This document shows, in pieces, positions 18,008 to 27,894 of a stretch of 64,000 nucleotides of DNA. The stretch is from Leptonemataceae bacterium. GTDB taxonomy: Bacteria; Spirochaetota; Leptospiria; Leptospirales; Leptonemataceae. The stretch is from contig OZ245742.1 of assembly GCA_965227295.1 (NCBI GenBank), forward strand, positions 576,001-640,000, written 5' to 3'. Made by a program: the position numbers and the translations under genes. Below the pieces are notes generated by a model that did no database searches, was not told the DNA's origin, and was given only the letters and a program-made list of their open reading frames with translations. Within the stretch, counting starts at the first letter, position 1. The number at the start of each line of letters is the position of its first letter.

Positions 18008-18088
18008 GACTTACGGATTGCCCGCCGGAGCAAACCGGTCAAGCATTTCAGCGGAGGACGGAGCAGCCGGGGCCGCGTCCGTCTGTCG

Positions 18089-18418
18089 TCAGTCTTCGCT
18101 CTCGCCGGCCGTAAGCCGGGCGGGAGCCGTGGGCAGGACGCCGCCGCGTACTGCTTCTTCTTCCACAATGCGGTAGCGCAGATACGTATTGCAAGTCGCT
18201 TCCTGGGTGTAACGCACCAGGTCGAAGTCCACCCGCGGAGAAATGAAAAAGTTCGAATTCCCGAGCCGGTCACGAATCTCTTTTTTAATGTGCGCCCGTG
18301 CTTCCGAGCGACGGTGATACAAAGTGGGTACCAACATATCGTTGCGGTATACGAGTTTTTTATCTTTGTAAACGGCTACGGTCAATTTAATCCGAAATCG
18401 TGTGCTCTGAGACGCCAT
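18089..18418 (-). CDS. Small basic hypothetical protein
   Basis: GGAG SD before MASQSTRF; protein-like composition. Confidence 0.65.
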   Translation of the reverse strand: MASQSTRFRIKLTVAVYKDKKLVYRNDMLVPTLYHRRSEARAHIKKEIRDRLGNSNFFISPRVDFDLVRYTQEATCNTYLRYRIVEEEAVRGGVLPTAPARLTAGESED

Positions 18419-18548
18419 GCTACTCCCCGTGTGGTTCAAAGCAAATATCGTCTCCGGGGTGGGCGGAATTAAAATGGCGGCGGTACTTTCCAGGACACGG
18501 GAGGCTTTTTTAACTCACGAACGCGACAGGCCGCTGTTTATGTCGCCT

Positions 18549-19193
18549 TCATTGTTCGCGATTTTTCAGGGTTTTTAGCGCGATTTCCTGTAAAGTTTTT
18601 CCCATGCTTGCGTGGTTATCGCGCCACTGCAATGAGCCATTCCGGCCGACGATGTTCGTCAGCGCGAAGAACGCGGTGAACGGAAGTTTGTGATGCACGC
18701 AAACCGCGGCCAGGCCGTAGGCTTCGAGATTTTCAAAGTCCGGGCGTGTAATCAAGTCACCCGCTAAGTTTAACTCGTACAGAGTTACCGAGTCGGTGGA
18801 ATTCGCCACCCCGGTATGGAAGTTCACATCGGCCGAACGCAGGCTGCGAGCAATCCCCCCGGCCTCCACGGCAAGCGAGCGCGAGAGAGGGCCCACGGCC
18901 CGCCCGCGCCCCTCCAGGACGGCGGCGTCGTACTTCGTGAAGACGGTGCTCGCACCAAAGTGGCCGGGGCCGTACGCCGCGTCCTGATCGTAAACGCCGG
19001 CGCTGCCCAGGAATACGACCTCGGAAATCGGCGGAAGTTCCGGCAGGGATCGTTCCAGTTGCAAAGCGGCCGTAAGACTGCCGATGCCGGCTTCGAGGAT
19101 GCTCACCCCGTCCAGATCCCGGGGAATGACATCGATCTCCGGCGCGAAGGCTCCCGTAATCAGGACGTGCGCTTTTTGGTTGTCATCCGTCAT
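18549..19193 (-). CDS. Nucleoside phosphorylase/nucleosidase fold protein (MTA-SAH nucleosidase or futalosine hydrolase-like)
   Basis: GIG, FLGSAG, ENLEAYG, LTNIVG motifs of the PNP_UDP fold. Confidence 0.75.
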   Translation of the reverse strand: MTDDNQKAHVLITGAFAPEIDVIPRDLDGVSILEAGIGSLTAALQLERSLPELPPISEVVFLGSAGVYDQDAAYGPGHFGASTVFTKYDAAVLEGRGRAVGPLSRSLAVEAGGIARSLRSADVNFHTGVANSTDSVTLYELNLAGDLITRPDFENLEAYGLAAVCVHHKLPFTAFFALTNIVGRNGSLQWRDNHASMGKTLQEIALKTLKNREQ

Positions 19194-19213
19194 GCATTCA
19201 CCCGGCATGCATT

Positions 19214-19591
19214 ATGCAATCGGTGCTGCAACTGTCGTCCGTTTTTCGTTTCACCCTCATGTCACTGGTGCTCTTGCTTGCGGCGGGCGCCTGTTCCTCC
19301 AAACCCGACACGGCTCTCTGCGGCCGGTACTACCGGCAAATCCTCCATCTCCAGGCGGAAGGCCTCTCCGGCGTGCTGGCGGGGCTCAAGACGTCTCAGG
19401 GTAAGTCGGCGGTGATCGATCATTGTCTGCAACTGGAGCGAGCCGAGGTGGAATGCGTACTCCAGGCGAACTCGCTGAGCGCGGCCGAAAGCTGCGAGTA
19501 CGGCGCACCCGCCGGGCCGGCGGATGCGGCGCCGCTGAGCGGTGACCTGGATTTACCGGCACCGCCGGACGATCTACCGGCCGAGCCGTGA
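19214..19591 (+). CDS. Small Cys-containing lipoprotein
   Basis: LLLAAGAC lipobox followed by four further Cys; Pro/Asp tail. Confidence 0.65.
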   Translation: MQSVLQLSSVFRFTLMSLVLLLAAGACSSKPDTALCGRYYRQILHLQAEGLSGVLAGLKTSQGKSAVIDHCLQLERAEVECVLQANSLSAAESCEYGAPAGPADAAPLSGDLDLPAPPDDLPAEP

Positions 19592-19635
19592 TCAAAGGGG
19601 CGCCCAAAGAAGCATTAACTTTGCTTCACTGACAC

Positions 19636-20742
19636 TCAGTCTTCGGACGTGTTTGTTTTCACGACGTTCTCGACAAACTGCACCTGGCGAGCAAAGATCT
19701 CCGGCACACAGGTTTCACTGAAGTGCACCGGATCGATGTACTGGCTACACTGAACGACACCGGCTTCGCCCAGGTCGACGAAGTGCCCGCCGCGCGCTTC
19801 GATCTTACGAACCAGGCGATTCCAGAGTTTCGGCTCAAGCTTGCGGTTTACGGCGGCGCGCCAGAGCGGGTGGGCCGGCGGTTGCCAGAAGACGATCGGG
19901 ATGCCCTCGGCCTTCGCACGATCGATCATGAGATAGACGTAGCGTTCCAGGGAAGGATCGATGCGGTAGCGTTGAAATAGCAGGTTCTCCATGGTGTCGG
20001 CCATGTACTTGTGGCGCATCTGAATGGGGAGCGGCTCTTCGCCCGCGGGAATGCCCGCCTTGAGCGGGGCGTTTTCCGGTCGCACGATGGCAGCGTCGAC
20101 GACCTGGCGAAACAGAAATTCGAAGGGCTGCACCTGGTTTTGCGCTTCGCCGATGCGATAGCGCGAGAGTTCAAAGACGCGGCTGCCGATGATCGTCTTT
20201 ACGTGATCGTACGGCATCTCGTGCATGTAGTTCAACGTAAACGCAAGCGGCACGCCGAACTTCAGCTCCGTAACAAACCAGGTGGTATTGCGCGTTAACG
20301 CCACCGGCGAAATCTCCACGAACACCGCCTCGGGACGCGCACCGTGATCGAGCCATTGATTGAAACGCACGTACGAGAACAGCATGGAGCTCCCCGGCGC
20401 GGCCGAGTTCAGGACTTCCCAGCGCTTCGTTTGTTCCTTCTCGGCAGGCGTAAGATAAGGATCGTTGTCGATGTGCGCGATGGACGGCGCCGTAAAGTAT
20501 CCGAGGCTCCGCGAAGAACCGAAGTTCATGGCCAGGCGCCGGCCGTCCTTGCGCGCCTGTTCGATCATGGCGTCCTGGCGAAAATCGTACTCGATGGCGG
20601 TGCGAAAGCTTTCGCTGGAACCGCTGCGCGTGCAACACTGACGAAACGCGGGAATATAGGCGACCTTATCGACGGCGAAGAGCAGGAGAAAGAGGAATAC
20701 CGGCAGGTAAACGCGGACGTTGCGGGGTTTAATGTCGCTCAT
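19636..20742 (-). CDS. DUF1574-like SGNH-fold protein (MBOAT partner)
   Basis: N-terminal TM, FGSSRS block I, DPVHF C-terminal DxxH; directly after MBOAT. Confidence 0.75.
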   Translation of the reverse strand: MSDIKPRNVRVYLPVFLFLLLFAVDKVAYIPAFRQCCTRSGSSESFRTAIEYDFRQDAMIEQARKDGRRLAMNFGSSRSLGYFTAPSIAHIDNDPYLTPAEKEQTKRWEVLNSAAPGSSMLFSYVRFNQWLDHGARPEAVFVEISPVALTRNTTWFVTELKFGVPLAFTLNYMHEMPYDHVKTIIGSRVFELSRYRIGEAQNQVQPFEFLFRQVVDAAIVRPENAPLKAGIPAGEEPLPIQMRHKYMADTMENLLFQRYRIDPSLERYVYLMIDRAKAEGIPIVFWQPPAHPLWRAAVNRKLEPKLWNRLVRKIEARGGHFVDLGEAGVVQCSQYIDPVHFSETCVPEIFARQVQFVENVVKTNTSED

Positions 20743-20754
20743 AAAGAACCTTTT

Positions 20755-20840
20755 GCCACAGAGGCACAGAGAACACAGAGCTTGAAGTCTGTCTGTATCT
20801 GTATGCGCATCTCTTCTCCATGTCCTCTGTAGTCTGTGGC
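20755..20840. repeat. Intergenic palindromic element, CACAGAG family copy 1
   Basis: Left arm GCCACAGAGGCACAGAGAACACAGAG, right arm CTCCATGTCCTCTGTAGTCTGTGGC. Confidence 0.8.
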
Positions 20841-20848
20841 CAGGAGTT

Positions 20849-22342
20849 TTAGAACTGAAAGTATACGAACGGAATGTCCCCGCCGCCCTTCCAACTGCTG
20901 TACAGGAACAACAACAACGCGGCCGCGGGCAACCAGTACATCGCGTAGCGGTAGATCGGCTTGACGAAGGCCGCGGGCTCGTATTTGCCCTCGGGCGTTT
21001 TCTTCGGAAAGTAGTCGTTGTACTCGAGCAAGTGCAGCCCCAGGTACGTCAGCCACACCAGGCCGTGGCGGGCGGTGACCGCGAAGTGCTCGCTCCCGCC
21101 GCCGCCGAGCATCGCCTTGATCATGTTCACACCGAGCTCAAGATCCAGGCCGGCCGGAAAAAAGACGCCGATCAAACTCATGAGCGCGATCATCGTCACG
21201 TTTTTAAATACGTTGTAGGCCGTGCGCAAATAGAACGTTTGATCGTCCTCGCCTTCCCGGCGACCCCAGCTCGGGCGCTGCTTCGGAATGCCGCTCTTGT
21301 ACCAGAAACGCTCGAAGGCCAGGTAGGCCCCGTGAAAGCCGCCCCAGATCGCGAAGCCCCAACCGGCGCCGTGCCAGATGCCGCCCAATAGAAACGTTAA
21401 GAACAAGTTGAAGTACGTGCGGACCTCGCCGAAACGATTGCCGCCGAGTCCGATGTATACGTAGTCGCGGAGCCAGGCCGTGAGACTGATGTGCCAGCGC
21501 TGCCAGAATTCCTGGAACGACAGGGCGAACATGGGCCCGCGAAAGTTGATGGGCAGATTGTAACCGAGCAGCAGGGCCGAGCCGCGGGCGAAGTCCGTGT
21601 AGCCGGAGAAGTCGCAGTAAATGTAAATGAAAATGAAATAGACGGCGAGCCACATGTAGACCGCCGAGTAGCTCAGCGGGTCCGACAGCACCGGCACCGT
21701 AGTCTCGATGAGAAAATCCGCGATGACGACTTTCTTGATCACGCCCGAAGCGATCAAACCCAGGCCGCGCACGCTGTCCACGCGCTCCGGATCTTTTACG
21801 CGATCGAACTTCGGCAGCAGTTGATCGTGCCGGCAAATGGGACCGGCAATCAACTGCGGGAAGAACATGATGAACAACGTGAAGTTCAGAAACGAAGGCT
21901 CTTCCGGAATCGTCTCGCGGTAGGCGTCGATATGCATGGCCAGGATCTGAAACGTATAGAACGAAATGGCCAGGGGCAGGATGATGTCCGGAAACCAGTC
22001 GGCATCGCGTTGGGCCACCGCGATCCAGGCCGGGTCCTGGTAAAAGTAGGTTACCGTATCGAGGAGAAAGTAGAAGTACTTAAAGAACGCCAGGTTCAGC
22101 AGGTTCAGTACAACGGCCGCAACCAACGCCAGGTGTGAACGGCGGCGGTAGATCCACAAAAACAGCGGATAGTTGACGGCCAGAACGACGACGAAGTGGA
22201 TCAGGAAAAGGTACGACCACGACAGGTAAAAGATGATCGACCCGCCGAGCAGCACGAGCTTGCGGGCGCCGTGATTGACACTCCAGTATACGATCAGGAC
22301 CGCGAGAAAGAATAAGAGGTATTCGATGCTGTTAAAGAGCAT
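20849..22342 (-). CDS. MBOAT O-acyltransferase (AlgI/DltB-like)
   Basis: LPLAISFYTFQ, FFPQLIAGPI, DFSGYTD, FWQRWHISL, GIWHGA catalytic His. Confidence 0.95.
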   Translation of the reverse strand: MLFNSIEYLLFFLAVLIVYWSVNHGARKLVLLGGSIIFYLSWSYLFLIHFVVVLAVNYPLFLWIYRRRSHLALVAAVVLNLLNLAFFKYFYFLLDTVTYFYQDPAWIAVAQRDADWFPDIILPLAISFYTFQILAMHIDAYRETIPEEPSFLNFTLFIMFFPQLIAGPICRHDQLLPKFDRVKDPERVDSVRGLGLIASGVIKKVVIADFLIETTVPVLSDPLSYSAVYMWLAVYFIFIYIYCDFSGYTDFARGSALLLGYNLPINFRGPMFALSFQEFWQRWHISLTAWLRDYVYIGLGGNRFGEVRTYFNLFLTFLLGGIWHGAGWGFAIWGGFHGAYLAFERFWYKSGIPKQRPSWGRREGEDDQTFYLRTAYNVFKNVTMIALMSLIGVFFPAGLDLELGVNMIKAMLGGGGSEHFAVTARHGLVWLTYLGLHLLEYNDYFPKKTPEGKYEPAAFVKPIYRYAMYWLPAAALLLFLYSSWKGGGDIPFVYFQF

Positions 22343-22366
22343 GTAAGTTTAAGTTAGCGGATGAAC

Positions 22367-23179
22367 TCAGAACGCCGTGAGCGAAGCCCGAATGAAACTC
22401 GTGACCGGCGCCTGCTCCCGGGTATCCTCCAGGCTTTCCCGGAGTTCGGTGACCACCGTCTGCGCGTCCGTCACGAGGGTATTGGCATTGCGATGCAGTT
22501 CGTCGTCGTTTACCAGCAGGCCCAGGGTTCCTTTGCCTTCGTTGATTTTCCGGGTAATGTCCCGCACGTTCTCAATGGTTTCGCGCACGTTGCCGCGGTT
22601 CTCGCTGATGAGTTCGGCGATGCCGGCTACCGGGTCACCCGAGGCCTCACCCTGCAACTCCACGAACTCCAGGCCGTCGCGGTTTTCGATGTAATAATCC
22701 AGAGCGGTCTGCCCGCGCGAAGAAAGCTCGCCCGCGCTCACGGCGAGTACGCGGATTTCCTGGATGCTGTCCTCGGAACCGTCCGGCCGTGCGGACCCCG
22801 GGTCCACCGAGATGACTTTCCCGGACAGCAACGACTCGTTCTTGATGGCGACGATGTAGTTCTGATAAAAGACGACTTCTTCGCGCAGTTCGATGGTAAC
22901 GGCGACACGTTGACTGACGCGCTGCGGATCGTCGTCGGCGACGACATTGTTCGCGGCGTCGACGGAAACCAGGTCCACGGCCTCGACGAGTCCCGACGGT
23001 ACGCCGAGGACCGTAACGCGACTGCCCTCTTTGATGCCCTCGGCGTTGTCGAAGAAGAGCAAGAGCTGTTTGCCGCGCTCGGCAAACGGGCCGCTCTGGG
23101 AGACGATCGTAAAGAAACCGACCATGAAGAGCGCGCCGAAGAAAAGCAGGCCCACCAGCATGTTCTGTAGCCACGTCAT
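22367..23179 (-). CDS. MlaD/MCE family protein
   Basis: N-terminal TM, FDNAEGIKEGSRVTVLGVPSG, SLLSGKVISVDPG, helical C-terminus. Confidence 0.9.
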   Translation of the reverse strand: MTWLQNMLVGLLFFGALFMVGFFTIVSQSGPFAERGKQLLLFFDNAEGIKEGSRVTVLGVPSGLVEAVDLVSVDAANNVVADDDPQRVSQRVAVTIELREEVVFYQNYIVAIKNESLLSGKVISVDPGSARPDGSEDSIQEIRVLAVSAGELSSRGQTALDYYIENRDGLEFVELQGEASGDPVAGIAELISENRGNVRETIENVRDITRKINEGKGTLGLLVNDDELHRNANTLVTDAQTVVTELRESLEDTREQAPVTSFIRASLTAF

Positions 23180-23267
23180 GGTGTCGGTAGGATCAGCACG
23201 GCGGGAATCAGGGTCAATCCGATTTTCTCAGGCAGCGACGTTTCCGGCACTACAAGCGCCGCGGTCC

Positions 23268-24077
23268 TTACTCCACGGTCTCCGCTTTATTCTTTTTCTT
23301 TTGCGTAGGATCGTCCGCGTCGAGGACCATGGGTCCCGTCGACCGGCCATTGATGAACTGCTGGACGATCTCGTTGTCGGTCTCACGAATTTCGGCGGGC
23401 GTGCCGACGAACTCCACGCGACCTTGATAGAGAAACGTAATGCGATCCGCGATGTAGTACGCGGAGTTCATGTCGTGCGTGACGACGACCTGGGTGACGC
23501 CGAGTTCACGTTGCATGCGACGCACGAGTTCATTGATGACCTGAGACATCACCGGATCCAGGCCGGAGGTCGGTTCATCGTAGAGTAAGATCTCCGGATT
23601 CGTAGTTAAGGCCCGCGCCAGGCCCACGCGTTTCTTCATGCCGCCCGAGATGGAACCGGGCAGCAGGTCCCGCGCCGGCATGAGGCCGAGCCAGCGCAGT
23701 TTCTCCGAAACAATGCGATCGATCTCGCGTTCGTTCATGCGCCGCACTTCGCGCAGCGGCAGCGCCACGTTTTCGAAGACACTCAACCAGTTGATGAGGG
23801 CCCCGCTCTGAAACAACACACCCATGCGCGCCCGCAGTTTCGCCTTGCGTTGTTCCGGCGCGTGAGACATCTCTTCGCCGTCGATGAGCACCTCGCCCTC
23901 GTCCGGGTCCAACAGACCGATGACGTGCCGGATACTCACGGACTTGCCGGTACCGGAGCCGCCCAGGATGACCATGGTTTCCCCGCGACGGACACTGATA
24001 TCGACGCCCTTGAGAATCTTGCGTGCACCGAACGACTTCTTCAGGCCGTGCATTTCGATGATGTTGTCAGGATGCAT
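23268..24077 (-). CDS. mlaF: MlaF-type ABC ATPase
   Basis: GGSGTGKS, FQSGAL, ISGGMKKRVGLARAL, YDEPTSGLDP. Confidence 0.9.
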   Translation of the reverse strand: MHPDNIIEMHGLKKSFGARKILKGVDISVRRGETMVILGGSGTGKSVSIRHVIGLLDPDEGEVLIDGEEMSHAPEQRKAKLRARMGVLFQSGALINWLSVFENVALPLREVRRMNEREIDRIVSEKLRWLGLMPARDLLPGSISGGMKKRVGLARALTTNPEILLYDEPTSGLDPVMSQVINELVRRMQRELGVTQVVVTHDMNSAYYIADRITFLYQGRVEFVGTPAEIRETDNEIVQQFINGRSTGPMVLDADDPTQKKKNKAETVE

Positions 24078-24095
24078 ACGCTGTTCGTATCGCCC

Positions 24096-24977
24096 TCAGA
24101 TCAACAGGCCGGAGAAGGCGAGCACGCTGTTGAGAAAGTCGATGGCCGCCCGGCTTTCCCGCGTGTCTTCGACGCCCTCGCGCAGTTCCTGGGTGAGTAC
24201 GATCACCTCGCGCAGAAAACCGTTGCTGCCGTCCATCAACTGCGCCTGGTTCACCAGAAGGGCGATGTTCTGATTGCCTCTGTTCAGCTTGTCGGTAATG
24301 TCGCGTAAGTTGCCGGTGATTTGCCGCAGGGGTCGCCGGTTCTCCACAATCACACTGGCGATCAGGTAGAGCGGGTCGTCGTAATTGCTCGCGCGCAGAA
24401 GTTTGCGACCGTCCTCCGGAAACTCACCGGTGCGATGGTAGCGTTCCAGTTCCGCCGTGGTAAATGTAAGATGATTCAAAGTTTGCAGCGGCGTGCCTTC
24501 CGGGCCGTGCTCCGGCCGGCGTTGTTTGCCGTACGGGAACTCGCGGTAGGCGCCGCCCGGGCCGACCTCCACGACCTTCTCGGACAGGATCGTCTGGTAG
24601 CGGGTGACGACCTCGTAGTTCGGGTAGAACGGCAGGTTCCGACGCATGTGCAGAATGGCGATGACCGTTTGCCCATGGGAACCGCCCTCGGACTTGCGAG
24701 CTTCGGCCCAGGACCGCGGCCGATCGAACTCGTCCACCGTGACGTAGTAGAGATTGCCGACGGTACCGACTTCCACACCGTGGACGAAGACCGGCACGCC
24801 GGTGCGAAGACCTTCGGCACTCGCCAGGCGTACGGGGATGTGCACGACCTCCGCTCGCCAGTCGATCTTACCGAGGAAGATCGTGAAGAACAACAGGAAC
24901 CCGAGGCCGCTGAAGAACGCGCCGCCCACGACGGTTTCGCCGTGTTGTTCCCATGTGCGCTTGAGGTACGTCCACAT
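24096..24977 (-). CDS. Second MlaD/MCE family protein
   Basis: Start trimmed to MWTYLK; TM then AEGLRTGVPVFVHGVEVGTV; C-terminus LREGVEDTRE similar to the paralogue. Confidence 0.85.
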   Translation of the reverse strand: MWTYLKRTWEQHGETVVGGAFFSGLGFLLFFTIFLGKIDWRAEVVHIPVRLASAEGLRTGVPVFVHGVEVGTVGNLYYVTVDEFDRPRSWAEARKSEGGSHGQTVIAILHMRRNLPFYPNYEVVTRYQTILSEKVVEVGPGGAYREFPYGKQRRPEHGPEGTPLQTLNHLTFTTAELERYHRTGEFPEDGRKLLRASNYDDPLYLIASVIVENRRPLRQITGNLRDITDKLNRGNQNIALLVNQAQLMDGSNGFLREVIVLTQELREGVEDTRESRAAIDFLNSVLAFSGLLI

Positions 24978-24987
24978 GACTTTTTTT

Positions 24988-25125
24988 ACTCCGAGGACCG
25001 AGGGATCGAGGTGCCAGGGGAGGATTGGCCTCGCGTGCACGCGAGCAGGCCAGGAAGGCGACAGTCGCAGGCTGTTTCTTTGTTTCTTCTCAAATTCTTC
25101 GCCTCGGTGTCTCGGTCCTCGGAGT
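24988..25125. repeat. Intergenic element with perfect 15-bp terminal inverted repeats (CCGAG variant of CACAGAG family, copy 2)
   Basis: ACTCCGAGGACCGAG at 24988-25002 and CTCGGTCCTCGGAGT at 25111-25125. Confidence 0.75.
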
Positions 25126-25133
25126 TCACTTCT

Positions 25134-25916
25134 TCACCGATAAAACAACGTCGTGATCATATACCCCAGCACCAGCACGAACAAAAACGAATGCACCACG
25201 GACTTGCGCACGGCGATGCCCACCCCGATGGCGCCGCCGCGAGCGGCCAGGCCCTGGTAACAGGAAATCGTCGAAATGCAGATGCCGAAGACCAGCGCTT
25301 TGAACTCGCCGACCCAGATGTCTTTCAGCCCGGACTCCGTCTTCAGAACTTCTAACACCAGATTCGTATAAGTTACGAACTCCACATTCAATTGCGTGAA
25401 GGCCACCAGGCCGCCGCCCAATACACCGACCAGAGTCGCGTAGGCCGAAAGCACGGGCACCATGATAGTAAAACCCATGATGCGCGGGAGGATCAAGTAC
25501 TTCACGGGATCGATGGACATGACCTCGAGGGCGTCGATCTCCTCGGAGACGGTCATAGTCCCGATCTCCGCGGCCATGGCCGAGCCCACCGCCGCCGCGA
25601 GGATCAGGGCCGTCATGAACGGGCTGAACTCCCGGGTCAACGTAACGACGATCACCTGGCCGATGAGATCCTGCTGGCCGAAGTCGCGCAGGGCCAGGCC
25701 GGTTTGTAAGGAGATGATCATCCCCGAAAACGAGGCCACGATGCTGACGACGAACAAGGACTTCACACCGGCGACGTACATCTGTCGCATGGTCTCGCCG
25801 CGTTTGAACCAGAGATGCGGCAGCGCGATGAGTGTGCGGGCCAGCAAGATCAGGGCGGCGCCGGCGCCCCGGATGGAGTCCAGCAGAGTCTGGAGCTGTG
25901 GGATCGAAAGGTTCAT
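25134..25916 (-). CDS. mlaE: MlaE-type ABC permease
   Basis: REFSPFMTALILAAAVGSAMAAEIGTMTVSEEIDALEVM, PRI, GAIGVG. Confidence 0.93.
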   Translation of the reverse strand: MNLSIPQLQTLLDSIRGAGAALILLARTLIALPHLWFKRGETMRQMYVAGVKSLFVVSIVASFSGMIISLQTGLALRDFGQQDLIGQVIVVTLTREFSPFMTALILAAAVGSAMAAEIGTMTVSEEIDALEVMSIDPVKYLILPRIMGFTIMVPVLSAYATLVGVLGGGLVAFTQLNVEFVTYTNLVLEVLKTESGLKDIWVGEFKALVFGICISTISCYQGLAARGGAIGVGIAVRKSVVHSFLFVLVLGYMITTLFYR

Positions 25917-26040
25917 GCGCGGGCGGAAGGCGTAACCATATGCTTACGCCACGACAGCAAACGGTCGGGCGGGCTCACCGTCAAGCGGGCCGCAAATCCG
26001 GTTGCGAAGACGGGCCGCTCCCGCACGGTGCGTAGTGCGG

Positions 26041-27894
26041 ATGATACGAAACAAGAACGATTGGAAGCTCAAGATCCTGATCCTCCTCGCCGGAGCGGGA
26101 ATCACCGCGCCGGTCCTCGCCGGCGGCGAAGACCGCGTACCGGTTCTGACCTTTTCGAATGCGACCGAAGAAGTGCGGATCCAGGACGAACTGGAGAGTC
26201 TCGCCGATCCGTCCGGAAGCCTCGACATAACGGCGGTGCGGCGACTGGATTTCGAACCGTTCGCCGGTTCTCCCGGCTATGCCTCCGGTGCTTTCTGGTA
26301 TCGAACGAAAATCCACAACGCCGCGGGCACAGACGAACTTGTCCTGGAAATCACCTACCCGGTCCTGGACCACATCGATCTCTACGTCGTTCCGGACTCG
26401 CAGGCTGCCGCCGAATCACGACAGCGGGGCGGCGACGCCCTCGCCTTTGCGCAACGTGAGTTTCACTACCGCAACTTCGCGTTCCCGCTACACATCGCCC
26501 GGGGGACATCGGCGACGATCTACCTGCGCGTGGAGACCGACAGCTCCGTCCAGGTTCCGATCGTCTTGCGCACCGAACAGGCGTTTCATCGGCATCGCCA
26601 GTCCGGCGAGGCCGTCCTGGCGTTCTACTACGGCGGCATGATCATCATGGCGGCGTACAACTTCTTTTTGTTCTTTGCGCTGCGCGATCGTTCGTATCTG
26701 CACTACGTCGCGCTGAACCTTTCGCTCGTCTTTATCCTGCTCGTCCAGAACGGCCTGGCCTACCAGTACCTCTGGCCGACCTCGATCTGGTGGAACGACC
26801 GCGCCCAGGCGCTCAGCGTGTTGATCGGTTCCGCCTTCACTCTGGCGTTTTGCCGCTCCTTTCTCGGATTGCGTTCGGTGCTGCCCCGCCTGGACCTGGT
26901 CGTCCGCATCATCATCGCCGCCATTGCTGTCGCAAGCGTAGCTTCTCTTCATATAGACTTAAGAACAAGTCTGCGCATCGCCTCGCTGGCGGCCATCACG
27001 GCGGCCGTCCTGGGATTGATCGTCGGTTTTGCCGCCGTGCTTCAGGGACGGCGAGCGGCGCGGTTCTATCTCCTGGCCGAGGCGGCGCTCATCCTCTTCG
27101 CCGTCCCCATGGCCCTGCGCAACTTCGGCCTCTTGCCGCATTCTTTTTTTACGACGTACGGCCTGCACATCGGCTCATTGATCGAGGTCACTCTGCTGTC
27201 GTTTGCATTGGCGGACCGCATCAACATCATCACACAGGAACGCGAGCAGGCCCGGGCCCGGGCGACAAAACTGGAACTCCGGGCGGCCCGGGAACGCGAA
27301 AGCCTGCTCGCGGATTTTCACGATCATCTCGGCGGCAACCTCACCGACATCCACGTACTTGCCCGGCGCTTAAACGATGAACAACCGCAGAGTAGCGTGC
27401 TCACCGAAATCGCCGAACGTTCGCGGGTCCTTATGCATAACTTCCAGGACGCCCTGTCCGCAGGAGACGACCTGCGCGAACTCCAGGACAACTTCATCGA
27501 GGGTCTGCGGCTCATTCTACTGCGACGCTACGCCCGCGCGGAACGGCCGTTGCTCTTCGAAACGGATGCGAACACCGAACGCCGGCTCGCCGGGGCGGAC
27601 GACGATCTACTGCGCTGCATCCACGCGATCAGCCGGGAACTGGTGACGAACGATCTCAAGTACGGCGCGGGCACGGCGGAATGGGAACTGCGTTTGGCCG
27701 ACGCTTCCAACCTGCAACTGCGATGTACCGCCGACACCCGGGGCGCCGATGCGGACATGCACGGCGGCGGCCGCGGTCTGGAGAACATCCGCGCGCGCCT
27801 GGCGGAATTCGACGGCGAACTCACGGTACAGAATCACGCCGGCCGGCATGAGGTCCGGGTCTTGCTGCGCCTGAATGCGGCTGCCCGCGCCTAA
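26041..27894 (+). CDS. 7TM-DISM sensor histidine kinase (HisKA_3-like)
   Basis: 7TMR-DISMED2-like periplasmic domain, YNFFLF...LLSFALADRI 7TM block, DFHDHLG H-box, ELVTNDLKYG N-box, GRGLENIRAR. Confidence 0.85.
   Translation: MIRNKNDWKLKILILLAGAGITAPVLAGGEDRVPVLTFSNATEEVRIQDELESLADPSGSLDITAVRRLDFEPFAGSPGYASGAFWYRTKIHNAAGTDELVLEITYPVLDHIDLYVVPDSQAAAESRQRGGDALAFAQREFHYRNFAFPLHIARGTSATIYLRVETDSSVQVPIVLRTEQAFHRHRQSGEAVLAFYYGGMIIMAAYNFFLFFALRDRSYLHYVALNLSLVFILLVQNGLAYQYLWPTSIWWNDRAQALSVLIGSAFTLAFCRSFLGLRSVLPRLDLVVRIIIAAIAVASVASLHIDLRTSLRIASLAAITAAVLGLIVGFAAVLQGRRAARFYLLAEAALILFAVPMALRNFGLLPHSFFTTYGLHIGSLIEVTLLSFALADRINIITQEREQARARATKLELRAARERESLLADFHDHLGGNLTDIHVLARRLNDEQPQSSVLTEIAERSRVLMHNFQDALSAGDDLRELQDNFIEGLRLILLRRYARAERPLLFETDANTERRLAGADDDLLRCIHAISRELVTNDLKYGAGTAEWELRLADASNLQLRCTADTRGADADMHGGGRGLENIRARLAEFDGELTVQNHAGRHEVRVLLRLNAAARA

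Noticed and set aside
20755-20840. CRISPR mini-array from CACAGAG units
   Set aside because: Units are 7-9 bp without unique spacers and form inverted arms
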